A stretch of DNA of 64,000 nt, from positions 496,001 to 560,000 of the forward strand of contig NC_079238.1 of assembly GCF_027921745.1 (NCBI RefSeq). The letters are read 5' to 3'. The DNA is from Schizosaccharomyces osmophilus (lineage: Eukaryota). The translations under genes were made by a program, and so were the position numbers. Shown piece by piece: positions 8,460-20,835 of this stretch; within the stretch, counting starts at the first letter, position 1, and every line of letters starts with the position of its first letter. The notes beneath the pieces are model-generated. The model saw only the letters and a program-made list of their open reading frames with translations, was not told where the DNA came from and did not search any database.

Positions 8460-10031
8460 ATGAACCCTCCATGGAACTCGTCAACTGCTTCTGGTTCTCC
8501 TTTCTTGTTGTTTCGCCGAAATGCCAACTCTAGCATGACCGAGGCAAACGATCTCATGGCAAATACTTACTCGCCAGCCGATATGGCCTATGTCTTGCTT
8601 TGCTGTGTGGTCGTCTTTCTCGTCACCCCCGGTATCGCCCTCTTCTACGCCGGTATGACCCGGAAACGCTCTGCGCTTTCCATTCTCACCCAATCCTTCC
8701 TCGTCACTGCGGTCATCTTAGTTCAATGGTACCTTTTCGGCTACTCGCTGGCCGTGGCTCCTGGCTCTTCTTTTTATGGATCCCTTTCTCTTGGCGGCTT
8801 ACACAATGTTTGGTTCGACCCTTACATCCCCGGTTCCACCATTCCTGCCATCGTCTACTTTCCCTTTGGCGGCCTTTTCGCCGTCACCACTGCCCAACTT
8901 TTGATCGGCGCCATGGCCGAGCGAGGCCGTCTTGTTCCCTCGCTTGTCATCGCCTTTTTGTACATTACCTTCGTTTACTGTCCTCAAGCATATTGGACAT
9001 GGTCCTCCAAGGGTTGGCTTTTCACCATGGGTGCCTTGGACTTTGCCGGTGGTGGTCCCGTCCATATTTCTTCTGGGTTTGCTGCTCTCGCTTACTCATT
9101 CGTTTTGGGTCGCCGTCATGAACCTTCGTTTTCCGAAGACTCTACCAATTCCATTGACGGCGAATTTTCTTCTCAACACGTCGTCCAAGAAGACCCTTCT
9201 TCCCAATCTTGGATTTCCTCCACCATCGTCCCGTGGGGTTCTGTCCGATGGAAGGATTCTCTCGGCCGCGGCCATATTCCCAATTTTCCTGCCCATAATC
9301 CCACCATGGCCTACATCGGTGTCGTCTTCATTTGGTGTTCTTGGCTCACTTTTAATTCCGGAACCCTTCTTGCCATCAATCTTCGCACCGCTTACATTTT
9401 CGCAAACACCCTGATTTCCTCCAGCTTTGCTTGCGTCACCTGGACCGTTGTGGACTATATTCGCTATCGAAAGATATCCGTCCTTGGCGTTTCTGAAGGA
9501 GCCATTGCTGGCTTGGTTGGCATCACGCCTGGCTGTGGTCATGTTTATCCTTGGGGTGCCGCTGTGGCAGGTATTTTCACCGCCATTGTCTGTAACCTCC
9601 TCCACGATATTGGTAATTGGCTTGGCATTGATGAAACTCTTCGCGTCTTCAATTTACATGGAATCGGTGGTATTATGGGCTCCATTGTCTTGGGTGTTGT
9701 TGCCCATCCAAACGTCGCTGCTTCCGACGGTGCCACTGTTATCAAAGGCGGTTGGATCGTTCATCATTGGAAGCAAATGGGCTACCAGTTTGCCTCGTTT
9801 ACCTCCGTTGCTGTCTGGTCCTTTGTCGTCACTGCGGTCATTTGCCTGCTTGTCGACATGATCCCTGGATTGCAAATTCGGTGTACCCCCCAGGAAGAAG
9901 AACAGGGCATGGACTTTGTTGACTTAGTTGAACAAATTGATGAGAAAGCAGGCCCCTCGACCATCCGTGTCATTCAAGCGCAAGAGGTGCAGGAGTCCAT
10001 GGATACTTCTGTTACTAGCAAGAAACAATGA
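8460..10031 (+). CDS. amt3: Amt/Mep ammonium transporter, ~523 aa
   Basis: First ATG is at 8460 (the ORF track starts at upstream TTG 8211). LDFAGGGPVH and FNLHGIGG twin-His motifs, GAMAER, GLVGITP, many hydrophobic helices. Confidence 0.9.
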   Translation: MNPPWNSSTASGSPFLLFRRNANSSMTEANDLMANTYSPADMAYVLLCCVVVFLVTPGIALFYAGMTRKRSALSILTQSFLVTAVILVQWYLFGYSLAVAPGSSFYGSLSLGGLHNVWFDPYIPGSTIPAIVYFPFGGLFAVTTAQLLIGAMAERGRLVPSLVIAFLYITFVYCPQAYWTWSSKGWLFTMGALDFAGGGPVHISSGFAALAYSFVLGRRHEPSFSEDSTNSIDGEFSSQHVVQEDPSSQSWISSTIVPWGSVRWKDSLGRGHIPNFPAHNPTMAYIGVVFIWCSWLTFNSGTLLAINLRTAYIFANTLISSSFACVTWTVVDYIRYRKISVLGVSEGAIAGLVGITPGCGHVYPWGAAVAGIFTAIVCNLLHDIGNWLGIDETLRVFNLHGIGGIMGSIVLGVVAHPNVAASDGATVIKGGWIVHHWKQMGYQFASFTSVAVWSFVVTAVICLLVDMIPGLQIRCTPQEEEQGMDFVDLVEQIDEKAGPSTIRVIQAQEVQESMDTSVTSKKQ

Positions 10032-10486
10032 TGTTTGTCGTAAATTTTCGACCCTTATAGATGTAAAATGTTTGTCATACTATTCTCGTTTTTTTTTATT
10101 GTTTTTGCTTCTATGTAATCAATCGCACTATTATCAGCAATGTTTACATAGGTAATTTATTTTCTTCTAAGCTCCAACAATGGCAACTCCATTGTCGTAT
10201 CTGGTTTGTTTAAGTTTTCTTTTATATCTCATGCCAATTTACAAATACAAAACTACGTTCCTCATTACTTGCATGTCTGTAAATAAAAAAAAAAAAAAAG
10301 AATCCTGTCTTTTTGAATTTTATTGTTTATTATTTATACCCCTCAAGTCTCAATGTATGAGAGGAAGAAACAAAAAGAAAGAAAAGAAGAAAAGAAAGAG
10401 TTTTTCGTCTTTCGCAAAATTGATTCGACAAAAGCCTTTTCTGAGACGAAATTAATATTAACAAAATTATATATCATCAATTTGCT

Positions 10487-11533
10487 CTAAACATTAATGA
10501 CAAACTTTACAGCACTGTGGTTTCCAGACGAAAACTCTCTTAAAGCATCAGGAATCACTTCTAATCCACCTTTAAACTCTCTAATGGAATTAGCGACTAT
10601 TATGCCTTTCTCCAGTAATGTCGGCAGTACCTCAAAAAGCTTAGTTGTATGTTCATAATCTTCATTATTGCCTTGCACTGTTTCACCATAAAAATCAAAC
10701 TTCTCATTAAACAAGGAAAAACTAAATGCGGTAATGATGTCGACTGCTTCTTCACGAGGGTTCTCTGGAGGCCCCAATACAGTAATAAGTTTCGCAGCTT
10801 TTGCTTCTAGGCTAAATGCCATGATACACTTCGTAATAGTTTGTGGAAGACTGATGGCGTCAAAGCCAAAGAATACAGAATCATCCGTAGCTTGCTTGAT
10901 TTTCTCAACCACCTGGCAATCATGATAGTCAAAAACGAAGGAGGCTCCGAGTTTCTTTATTTTTTCAGCATTTTTGTCAGAACAAATCGCGACGACATCA
11001 CAACCTCCTAATTTTGCCAATTGAACAGCATATTGGCCAACGGCCGAAGAGGCGCCCCAGACCAAGAACCATTTCCTTCGTGACGGATTGGCAGAGCCAT
11101 CGGGTCGAGGCAATGGTAATCCAATTCGTTGATGGATTCCTTGGGAAGCAGTGGTGAGGGCACAAGGAAGTGTACAAGCCTCTAAAGATGATATGCTATC
11201 CGGAACAAGGTAAACGAGTTTGGCATCCGCACAAACGTATTCAGCCCAAGCGGATCCCGAAATCGAGAAAAACCCAGGCACCCAACCTGCAACTCTAGCA
11301 CCCATGTACTTGGAGGCATCCACTCCCTCTCCAACTTCTTCTACAATTGCCACAAAGTCGGTTCCGCCGATTGCGCCCTTCGGAATCGGTACATTGTAAG
11401 CTATTTTCCAATCAATCGGATTCAGCCCAATATGTAAAACACGACCCAACAAATGTCCTTTGGTCAGGGTTGGTTTTTCTGCATTTGTAACGTACTCTAT
11501 TCCTTGTTCTCCATCTGCAACCACTGCCTTCAT
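10487..11533 (-). CDS. MDR-family enoyl-reductase-like NADPH oxidoreductase, 348 aa (SPAC2E1P3.01-like)
   Basis: ATG at 11533 (the ORF track starts at TTG). GLNPIDWK, GTDF, LVWGASSAVGQYAVQLAK nucleotide-binding motif. Confidence 0.88.
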   Translation of the reverse strand: MKAVVADGEQGIEYVTNAEKPTLTKGHLLGRVLHIGLNPIDWKIAYNVPIPKGAIGGTDFVAIVEEVGEGVDASKYMGARVAGWVPGFFSISGSAWAEYVCADAKLVYLVPDSISSLEACTLPCALTTASQGIHQRIGLPLPRPDGSANPSRRKWFLVWGASSAVGQYAVQLAKLGGCDVVAICSDKNAEKIKKLGASFVFDYHDCQVVEKIKQATDDSVFFGFDAISLPQTITKCIMAFSLEAKAAKLITVLGPPENPREEAVDIITAFSFSLFNEKFDFYGETVQGNNEDYEHTTKLFEVLPTLLEKGIIVANSIREFKGGLEVIPDALREFSSGNHSAVKFVINV

Positions 11534-12093
11534 ACTGTTGTCCAATTCAGTAAAAAATCACAAGGCACTTTTGCTCGTAATCCAAAAAGGTGATCTGTAC
11601 CTAAAACAAAACAATGTTATGTAAAAAGAAATATATATTTTTTAAATGTGTTATATATAAACTAGAGATTTGGCTGCTTACTTTAGCCCATAGAAGTATG
11701 CGCTTAAGGATGGTAAGGTGTGGAAGTAAGCTGTCTACTTTAACAGCGGGGAAATACGTTTTTTTAAGCGAAGGAATCGCATAACGTAGTATGATATCAG
11801 AAGAACAATACAAAAACATATGGATGGAATTTCATTTTCTTTTCTTCTATTATGGAAATCATTCTCTTTTTACCTTTATTGTTAGTGTTTGGTCTATGAC
11901 TTTAATTGTAAGAATTTGAGCGGTTTTGGTTTAATGGGTATATCAATACAAAAAAGAATTCACATTCATATAGTCTGAAAACAAAAAGGTATATCATTGG
12001 CGAAATATAGATTTAATGGCATAATCAAAATCATACACAAAACAAATGAGAGCGTTCTGCGAGTCTTCAAGAGATACGCAATTCATAGCGAGT

Positions 12094-13116
12094 TTACTTG
12101 GCTTGAGAAAATTCCTTAGCACGCTCCCAAAGCTTAGCGGCAGTGTCAATGTAAGTTTGCTCTTCAGAGTAGTACTTCATACCGAGAGATTTGGAGAGAG
12201 AGTTATCTATAGTATAGTGCTTGCTGTTAAAGGGAACCTCCGAAGGCTCGGAAATGAGATCTTTCTTCTCGGGGAATTGCTTGAGGAAAACATTGCTCAT
12301 GGTGTTGGTGAAGAAGGAACCTTGAGAGACAAGCAAACGACCGTTGCTCAATTCAGAGCGTTTGAGAGCCACAACGTGAGCATCGGCAATGTCACGAACA
12401 TCAACTTCGAGATGTTGCGTAGAAGGTTGAAGCTTGGAGCCATTGATGACATTCCAGAGTATTTGGTTTGAGGTGTTCAAAGAGTCCATACTGTTCATGG
12501 GATGAATGGGAGGACCAAAGACGTAGGGAGGGTTGACAGCGGCAATGTCGAAGTGAGGTTGCTTTTCCTTGACAAAGTTATGAGCAGCCTTTTCAGCGAA
12601 AACTTTAGAGGCGCAATAGGCGACGATACCATTGTCGGTCTTGACAGCCTCCTCATAGGTAATAGGGTTCCAGTCCTTCTCAGTATAGGTATAGCCGTTG
12701 TAGGGATCCTTGGTGAAATCGCCGACAGCAGCAAAGGAAGAAGTGATGACAACACGCTTGACCTTGGGTTCGGTCACGGCCGCTTCCAAGGCACTAAGGG
12801 TACCTTGGACAGCGGGATCCAAGAGTTGAGCCTTGTTGTCAGTAATGTTTGTAACGATGAAAGGGGAAGCTATATGACAAATATAGTCACAGTCCTTGAC
12901 GACATCCTTGAAGGCATTGGGTTCCATAACGTCTTTGACGATTACAAATTCGATTTTGCCCTTGAGCTCGGGGTTCAAACGGACAAGCTCGTTTGCCTTC
13001 TCCATGCTACGGACGGTACCACGTACACGGTAGCCCTGCTTGAGTAAAGAGACAGCGACATGAGCTCCAATGAAGCCGGTAACACCGGTAACTAAAACCA
13101 ATTGTTGGTCTGACAT
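12094..13116 (-). CDS. Extended SDR, Gre2/dihydroflavonol-reductase-like NADPH aldehyde reductase, 340 aa (SPAC513.07-like)
   Basis: ATG at 13116. TGVTGFIG, HIASP, TSSFAA, YCASK (YxxxK). Confidence 0.9.
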   Translation of the reverse strand: MSDQQLVLVTGVTGFIGAHVAVSLLKQGYRVRGTVRSMEKANELVRLNPELKGKIEFVIVKDVMEPNAFKDVVKDCDYICHIASPFIVTNITDNKAQLLDPAVQGTLSALEAAVTEPKVKRVVITSSFAAVGDFTKDPYNGYTYTEKDWNPITYEEAVKTDNGIVAYCASKVFAEKAAHNFVKEKQPHFDIAAVNPPYVFGPPIHPMNSMDSLNTSNQILWNVINGSKLQPSTQHLEVDVRDIADAHVVALKRSELSNGRLLVSQGSFFTNTMSNVFLKQFPEKKDLISEPSEVPFNSKHYTIDNSLSKSLGMKYYSEEQTYIDTAAKLWERAKEFSQAK

Positions 13117-13914
13117 TTTTTTTCTACTATAGATTTCAATCACAACCAAAAAGGGCCTGATTACTCACCAAAATTAAATTCAAAACAAGTAGCTTGTATG
13201 AATGAAAGGAATCTGCTGACTTGGAATATATACTTATATATACTTTAAAGACTCATCCAATATTAGTCATTCTTCCAGTCAATAGGAAAAAAAAAATTAC
13301 GTCACCGTCGTTTTCGGGCGAGACAAATTTCACATTTCCACGAAAGGAGAGAGACTGTGTGTGTTCTGGTGTCTTAAGTGGAACTAAAGTGGGTCCGTTC
13401 GCATCGGACCGGTAAAAATTTTCGGCCTCGTATAATTCTGGTTCTTTCTCGAATACTTCCACCAACGTATCATACTAAAGAGGTTTATACGATGCCGTAG
13501 TTGGGTTGATGTTTCGTAGTTGAGGTTATACTTGGGACTTGGAAAGGAGGGTTGAAGACTGTGTGAAGGATGCCATTTGCTAGATAGTAGAAGACTTGTG
13601 TGGATCGTCTAGGTTGTTGACGAGAGCCATTCCGGAAATGGGTTACTTGCTGGGATCCAAAAGCGAGTGTTCCGGCCGATTCCCTTAATCATCTGAAATC
13701 TAGTCGATGGTAGCCTTCTCTCGGACGATTTCCAATGATCCATTGAGTTCTTGAACGTCAGAGGAAACGTTTTCCGATAGCCTGAATGGAGGAAAAAGTC
13801 ACTCTAAGACGGCCGTCCTCGAGTTGTCGGTTTCGCAGCAATTTCGTTTTGGAATGCTAATGGTTATCTCTGAAAAGGGGAATTCCTTTTCAGTCAATCC
13901 TCTGTCTTTCTGCT

Positions 13915-13959
13915 TTTGTAAATAAACAACAAACAAAATGTTTGTTGTTTATTTACAAA
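13915..13959. repeat. Perfect inverted repeat, 21-bp arms with 3-bp spacer
   Basis: TTTGTAAATAAACAACAAACA-aaa-TGTTTGTTGTTTATTTACAAA, read directly. Confidence 0.9.
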
Positions 13960-14716
13960 TGAGATCACCCGCGTGTCTCCACATAGTGGATCAAACTAAT
14001 GGTCATACAGTTTGTGGTAGCGAAACCGGTTTTGATATATTTATATTTACAAACAAAACTTGCAGCTCGAAATCGACTCGAAATCGTGTCGTGGACTTTT
14101 GAAACCAGAGAAAAGACAAATGTGTTTTATGAAGGAAACGACAATGCAACGAATCCAACAGGAAGAGGAGTTGAACAATAAGTGATTCATGAAAATCGAT
14201 TACAATGTCTCAGCAAAAACAATTGAAAGCCGAATTTACTGCTTTCAATCATTTCATCTCGTGATACTATTCTGCCAAGCAGGGAGTCATATCTTATAAC
14301 GCTTTTTTCGTACAAAAAAGGACTACAATGAATCATTTCAACCCATGAATAAAAAGTGAAATCGATCGATAAACATACGGCGTTTCCATCCTACCAAAAG
14401 CCATCCTGCTTCTTTTCCATCAAAGCAACGCAATTGAATTTTGATTATTCTCTAGAAAGTAAAGAAATTTGAGATCTGTTATAACTTCTTTTTCAAAGGA
14501 AATCATTTCAACTTGTTCTTGTAGAATTTCTATCCAACGAATCTCTGACGTATATCTTTACAGGCCTTTTCATAGTGTAAATTTACAGATTCACATTAAA
14601 CATACGCTTTTTATACTGCAAATACCAAGTATTTCTCTTAATTACGCTCTTTTTTGTTCTATTAATTCTCTTCTCCGACATTTCTTGTTTTCTTCAAGAA
14701 ATCTTTCTCTTGTACC

Positions 14717-15829
14717 ATGGCAATTGGTAAAACCTCTACAAACGTTCCTGTCTTGCGCTGGGGATTCCTTGGTGCTGGCAATATTGCTACTGATTTTGCA
14801 AATGATTTGATAAAAGCCCCCCAATACCACAAGCACCAGCATGCGCTTGTTGCAGTTGCTACTCAAAACAGCCGAGAAAGAGCCGCTGCTTTTGCTGAAA
14901 GGTACAAGAATGAAAATTCTTCTCCTAAAGCATACGGATCTTATGAAGAATTACTTCAGGATAACAACGTTGATATTGTCTACATTAGCAATCACCATCC
15001 TCAACACTATGGTACCGTCAAGCTAGCTTTGCATGCTGGAAAAGGTGTCTTGTGTGAGAAACCTTTGACGATTAACTATCCTGAATCCCTGGAATTGGTA
15101 AAGTTAGCTCGCGAGAAAAAGGTGTTCTTTGCCGAAGGTTTCTGGATTCGCTTTTTCCCTATCGTGAAAAAAGCACAGCAACTATTACACGAAGAGCGTG
15201 TCTGCGGAAAAAATCTTCGACTCTTTATTGACTTTTGTCAAGACTCTAAGTTTCGCGAGCTACCCAAGGACTCTAGAATGCTCAATGTCTCTTTAGGTGC
15301 TGGTGTGCTTCTTGACATGGGTGTATATCCTTTGACCTGGTCTCAGGTCCTCTTGTTCGACGATCCCATAAACCAAAAAAATGATCCTACAGTTTCTTCC
15401 AACGCTCTCACATTCACTGATCACAATGGCGATGTCGGCGATTATTCCACTGCTGTCACTTTGGTATTTCCAAAGTCTCAAGCTATTGCCGTCTTATGTA
15501 CTTCCATGGATCGTGATCCTGTAACTCAAGACTTTTTGCGTATCGATGGAGACAGTGGAGCTCAGTTGATTATTTCTGGTAAATGTTTTCGCCCTCAAAT
15601 ACTGACCCTAAAAAGGCCAGATGGGAAATCGGAGACTATGGATTTTTCCTTCGATGCCACAGGATTCTTTTATGAGCAAGATGCAGTTTTTGAATATATT
15701 ATGAATGACCTTAATGAAGCTTCTGAAATTCCTCATGCAGAGACTCTTCGAATGATGCGCTTAACGGACCAAATCCGTCATCAATTGAAGATTTCCTACC
15801 CTGCCGACATTCAGTTTACCACGAATTGA
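14717..15829 (+). CDS. dhd1: Gfo/Idh/MocA dihydrodiol / D-xylose dehydrogenase-like, 370 aa
   Basis: [17 protein letters not shown]-x-[16 protein letters not shown]. Confidence 0.85.
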   Translation: MAIGKTSTNVPVLRWGFLGAGNIATDFANDLIKAPQYHKHQHALVAVATQNSRERAAAFAERYKNENSSPKAYGSYEELLQDNNVDIVYISNHHPQHYGTVKLALHAGKGVLCEKPLTINYPESLELVKLAREKKVFFAEGFWIRFFPIVKKAQQLLHEERVCGKNLRLFIDFCQDSKFRELPKDSRMLNVSLGAGVLLDMGVYPLTWSQVLLFDDPINQKNDPTVSSNALTFTDHNGDVGDYSTAVTLVFPKSQAIAVLCTSMDRDPVTQDFLRIDGDSGAQLIISGKCFRPQILTLKRPDGKSETMDFSFDATGFFYEQDAVFEYIMNDLNEASEIPHAETLRMMRLTDQIRHQLKISYPADIQFTTN

Positions 15830-16005
15830 TGCATAACAAACGATTGCATTCTCGCCTTTACCCAGAAGGAATCTTATTCTGTTTTAATAAAATTAAAAGA
15901 TATCTACTGAATTGATTTAAAGTATCTTAGTATTACAAAACTGATCATGCATCGATTTCTTGTAAACAATAAATAGTCATTAATTATTCTTATTCGCTTA
16001 ATCAT

Positions 16006-19000
16006 TTATAAACTCATCTTAAAAGATGCTATTTCAAAGGCTTTCATTTCAATCTGCAAATGGTATCCATCTTCATCTTTTTGTAAATTGACTTGCGCTA
16101 TATCCTCTTCCAAAATGTTACACTTGGTAGCGCTCTTAACTTCACAGCTTTTTAATGTCAATCTGCATCTTGACTTGCCTCCCAGGGACTCGTAAAGACG
16201 AAGAATTATCGCGTTCTCGTCCTCAGCTTTCTTGATGTTGCTAACTATTATGTTTTCATCACCTTCCACTCGAACAAAATCTAAAGCTTCCATGTTTGTC
16301 TGTATAGAGTTTTTGTTGACGAATCTAAAGAGACTATTAAGCTTGTAAGCAGCTCGCACTACGTTAGGCCCAAGTGCACCTTTGTGAGGCAAGATTGAAT
16401 AGCGGAAGTAATGCTTGCCCATGTCCGCATGAGCATCTGGTTGTTTTGGAGACCTTAACAATGAGAGTCGCATTAAGTTTCCATGCGTAGAGAATCCATA
16501 CTTGCAATCATTCAATATTGAGACACCATAATTGTGCTCGGAATAATCTGCAAACTTGTGATGGCACACTTCAAATTTCGCAACGTCCCAGGATGTGTTA
16601 TAATGCGTCGGTCTGTGTGTGACACCAAATTGAGTCTCGTAGCTAACATAATCTGCATGGATGTCCACGGGAAATTCAACCTTTAAGAATTTGTAGTCTT
16701 CATTCCAGTCGACCTCACAGGCAAAATCTACGCTTAATGCGTCAGCATCATTGTTGTAGCCTGAGAGAGAAATGACCGTTTTGATGCAACTTTTTTCGCT
16801 TATAGGAGTTTCAACAAGTATTGATGCTTTAGCAGGTCCCTGTTCATAGACTTGTGCTTTCCCTTCTGTGAGGATCTTGTACTTATCGAGAGAATAAATC
16901 TCGGTGTCCCAAGCTGGAAAGCTCAATGGGGTATCCTGGAAGATCACATACTGGTTGGCACCAGTTTTGTTAATTCCGGATTTCAAATCCAAAACTTCTC
17001 TGTCATTATTAAAATCATGAATGCTCGTAATTAAACCAGCTTTGGAAATCCGAACTAAAAGCTTATCTGTGCGAAGTACTAAGCAACCGTTCGACTCATA
17101 GGCTCGGGCTGGATGCTTAACATGATTTTCGGAACGTACCAAAATACTTGGGTTATCAACTGATTCATAAAAGGGCAGCGGAGTAGTTTGCGCACTTTCG
17201 TCCACGACACCTCCCACGTTCCAAGGTAAGGTGGTTAGAAGGTAATCAGGTAAGATAGTATGGTTTGTGATTTGTCTGAATCCTAACTGATCTAATACGG
17301 TTTTGATCAAACGTTCCGATGATTGGAAAACGTTGTGCATCATGGGTATTGCGTCGTTATAAACCATTTCAATACAGGATCCAGGAAGAACATCGTGAAA
17401 TTGACATAACAAAGTTGTTTTCCATAGCTCATTGATTTCTTGGACGGGATATTTGAATCCAGGAATGCGAGCAAAAGCTAACGTTGCAAAATATTCCAAA
17501 TCGTGGAGTGAAAATTCTGCTTTTCTCATGGCCGATTTAATTTCTGACTGTGTTGTATAAGTTCCTCGGTGGAATTCAAGATACAATTCGCCAACCCACG
17601 ACGGTAGTTTTTCTGCATTACTCGTACGTTTGAATACTCCATCAAAAAAGTCATCAACCGAATTTCCAAGCTTGACGTCAGGTAATTCTCCCACTGTATT
17701 AGCTACTCCCTTGCATCGGCGAAGCTTTTCAAGCATTTCAGGTGTAGGTCCACCACCTCCGTCACCAATTCCAAATACCAGTAGACCTGCTTGATCATTC
17801 TCCAAGTTTTTGTGTTGAGAAACTGAATTCATTATGTCGGAAACATTAGTGTCTGCCGTGTAAGTATCCGCAGGTGGCATATGACACAGGACTTGAGATC
17901 CATCTAGTGCAACCCAGTTAAAGGTATTATGAGGGAAAGAATTAATGTTACTCCAAGAAAGCTTTTGTGTCAAGAACCTGTCCATTCCTGCAAGACGACA
18001 AATTTGTGGTATTTGACTGGAATAGCCAAATGTGTCGGGCAACCAGAAAGTGTCGCAGCGCACATCGAATTCATCTTTAAAGAAACGTTGGCCAAAAAGA
18101 AATTGACGAATAAGAGATTCACCACAAGGAAGGTTCGTATCATGTTCTACCCAACTTCCACCGACCGGCAAGAACTGCCGGGTCTTTACGTGTTTTTTCA
18201 GTCTTTCGTAAGTTTCCGGATGATCTTGTTTTAACCATTCGTACTGCTGAGCTTGGGAGCAGACAAAACGATATTCTGGGTATCTATCCAGCAAATCTAA
18301 TTGCGTGGTCCAAGACCTCACAATTTTGCGCCTTGTCTCTGCAAAAGGCCAAAGCCAGGCTGTATCAATATGACAGTGGCCTACTGCGTATACTTTTGTT
18401 TGGTTGGGATTTGTTTCCGTAACGTGTTCAGAATCGATATTCTCTCCAAGGTAAAGCTTTGCAAGGGATCTACAATGCTCAATAGTGGAAGCGTCTTCAG
18501 GGTGAAATGCATTCATTATTTCATGACATAATTGCCTTGCTCTGAACTTTTGCCAAGACTTTGATGGGAATTCCTTGGCACTTTGCTGTATTATCATGAA
18601 ATCACAGCGCAAAGCTCGAGCTGGCAGATTAGGAACCATCAGATCTGCCTTTCTCAACATGAAATGCCGGTTGGGATCAGGTGGAGCAATTTGGTCTGAA
18701 CCTCCACAACCAAACATTCCATTGCAGGCCATTTCAATATAAAATATATGGACATTGTGATCCTTCTGCCAACTTTTAGGAAGGATGTATTCGGTTCTTT
18801 CAGAGCTGCTGAACGCTTGGACTGGTTGATAATCTTCCGAGTAGACCAAGCCTTCGTTACCACAATCCCAGTCGAATATGACTTCCTTATAATCTGACCA
18901 GGCATCGGGAATGCGAATTTCGACTTGGACCCAAAAGGTAGACCAACTGGGACCGAATGCATCCCCCTTGTAGGCAACTTGTTCAAAATTTACTTTTCCA

Positions 19001-19245
19001 ATGATTTCACGAACGCTAGGTCGTTTTAGATCAGGAACGGGATAGACTCGTAAATTCACATATCCCTTTGTAGTGTCTTTTTCCACATCTTTAATAGAGT
19101 TGTCAATGCGGTGTATATCATATAACTGAGGAAGATTGAACTTTTTGTATTCTCCTTCGGAAAGGAATTGATCAAGATGGTTTTCGTAAATGGAGTCGAC
19201 CTGCTTTGCAACGGGTGTATTGTTGTACACTGGATAACAACTCAT
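16006..19245 (-). CDS. ams1: GH38 vacuolar alpha-mannosidase, 1079 aa
   Basis: [21 protein letters not shown] (nucleophile), [16 protein letters not shown]. Confidence 0.96.
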   Translation of the reverse strand: MSCYPVYNNTPVAKQVDSIYENHLDQFLSEGEYKKFNLPQLYDIHRIDNSIKDVEKDTTKGYVNLRVYPVPDLKRPSVREIIGKVNFEQVAYKGDAFGPSWSTFWVQVEIRIPDAWSDYKEVIFDWDCGNEGLVYSEDYQPVQAFSSSERTEYILPKSWQKDHNVHIFYIEMACNGMFGCGGSDQIAPPDPNRHFMLRKADLMVPNLPARALRCDFMIIQQSAKEFPSKSWQKFRARQLCHEIMNAFHPEDASTIEHCRSLAKLYLGENIDSEHVTETNPNQTKVYAVGHCHIDTAWLWPFAETRRKIVRSWTTQLDLLDRYPEYRFVCSQAQQYEWLKQDHPETYERLKKHVKTRQFLPVGGSWVEHDTNLPCGESLIRQFLFGQRFFKDEFDVRCDTFWLPDTFGYSSQIPQICRLAGMDRFLTQKLSWSNINSFPHNTFNWVALDGSQVLCHMPPADTYTADTNVSDIMNSVSQHKNLENDQAGLLVFGIGDGGGGPTPEMLEKLRRCKGVANTVGELPDVKLGNSVDDFFDGVFKRTSNAEKLPSWVGELYLEFHRGTYTTQSEIKSAMRKAEFSLHDLEYFATLAFARIPGFKYPVQEINELWKTTLLCQFHDVLPGSCIEMVYNDAIPMMHNVFQSSERLIKTVLDQLGFRQITNHTILPDYLLTTLPWNVGGVVDESAQTTPLPFYESVDNPSILVRSENHVKHPARAYESNGCLVLRTDKLLVRISKAGLITSIHDFNNDREVLDLKSGINKTGANQYVIFQDTPLSFPAWDTEIYSLDKYKILTEGKAQVYEQGPAKASILVETPISEKSCIKTVISLSGYNNDADALSVDFACEVDWNEDYKFLKVEFPVDIHADYVSYETQFGVTHRPTHYNTSWDVAKFEVCHHKFADYSEHNYGVSILNDCKYGFSTHGNLMRLSLLRSPKQPDAHADMGKHYFRYSILPHKGALGPNVVRAAYKLNSLFRFVNKNSIQTNMEALDFVRVEGDENIIVSNIKKAEDENAIILRLYESLGGKSRCRLTLKSCEVKSATKCNILEEDIAQVNLQKDEDGYHLQIEMKAFEIASFKMSL

Positions 19246-20647
19246 ACTTCAGGCTTTCTTTTGAAAAATAAATAATAGAGTGCCAAGTGATCGAAAAATA
19301 ATCGAGTTGTAAGGCGGAAAAATTACACTAGGATTCAATCAGCACTGTAGAAGTTCAATTGTGGGAGGATAAAAGCAAGAGAAGTGTTTTCTTAATCAAT
19401 TGTATTTATAATGGACTGCATGTATTTGAATGTATTGTGAATTTGGTTTAATATAGCCTTTGGAACGAGGAATTCATCCTTTAAATCAACCACGTAAATA
19501 ATCGTCATCGGTAGGTTTTTATCTTGGGGCTGCGTTATTTATCAGGTAGAAAGGTCCTTGATGATGGTGAAATAAACATTAGAAAATTACTTCTATGAAA
19601 TTCTTTCCTTAGAAACCAACTTTGCTGATCTGATAACGTTTGAATTTCAAAGTATGCATCAAGTATCAAGAGTAGACTTGGTCCATTTGCCGTCTTGCTC
19701 TAGTACTATTGCATAGAGTGTACAATTTCAAATTCTTTTTGGTAAATTAGATATGAGTAAGGTTGAACCGATCGAGTCTTGCATGGACAAGTAAACAAAA
19801 TCTCGTTAAGTCGTCATCACCAAATCAAAGGCTCTTTGGAATAAAGTTTTAGTGTGTTTTCAATAGATTAGATTCTCGTGTATTTGTAGAGCATATTTGA
19901 AGGAAATTTTCAGTAAAATTGGTGCCTTCCATAGTAGACGTTGATGGCTTAACTAAACACTTACCTGAGGCCTTCAAGAAAAAAGAGGTATTGCAAATGA
20001 AGGCATTTTAGGGAAACATTTTTTTAAGTTTTTTGTATGTCCATTCATTTATATGAATGTAAACGATGAAAACTGTACTTGTGAAGAAAATAAATCTTTG
20101 TTATTCAGATCGATTCCATTCCGAACTCAAAGGTTCCTAGAACAGAGAGGATGTCGTTTATGTTTTAATTCTTAAATTAAGATGGTTTTCTGTGTTTTCC
20201 ATTTATTCCCTTTCGAAAGTTATGTCACTTGGGAAGTAACGCACCTGATGCGCATTGTCAGAGTTTCATATTTTTGACGACTCCCTCTAAAAATCATGAG
20301 CTTCAAAAACTTCGTATTGGAAAACTTGGAAATCAAATAATCTACCATTTTCATGATCTTTTCGCTGTACCGGATTTTTGAATTCTCTGCACATACTTAT
20401 GCCACAAAGGGTATGTATCGTTTGTGAATTTATAATTTAACTATGCAGAAAAAATAAGGATTTTGTTGGATTTGAACTCCAAGTTGCTTTTCGCTACGAT
20501 CTTTTATCTTTTTACATACGTTTGTGAGTCACAAAAAGGGTTGCATTGTGAGTATTCAAAAAATACTGTTCTTTTAAAAGGATTCCTATTCATTTTTGAC
20601 TTTGCTATTGTTTGAGATCCGATGACGAACATTCTTTGACGTTTTGT

Positions 20648-20736
20648 ACAATGGAACGCTTTGTCTGAGAAGAATTGAATTGAAACAAAGAGAGCCGGGA
20701 CAGCTAAGAATGTTACTTTCACACATTATATAAATA
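20648..20736. promoter_or_regulatory. M-cell-specific promoter: M-box, short TR-box, TATA
   Basis: ACAATG at 20648-20653 (Mat1-Mc M-box). AAACAAAGA at 20683-20691 (reverse TCTTTGTTT, short Ste11 TR-box). TATATAAATA at 20727-20736. Confidence 0.65.
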
Positions 20737-20835
20737 AGAGTTTTTTGAATGGAATTCCCCATCCAAAATTGGATTTTCTGTCTCAAAACTTGTTTTCACT
20801 ATTTGACCAAAACAACTTTTTAGATCATCTGCAAT

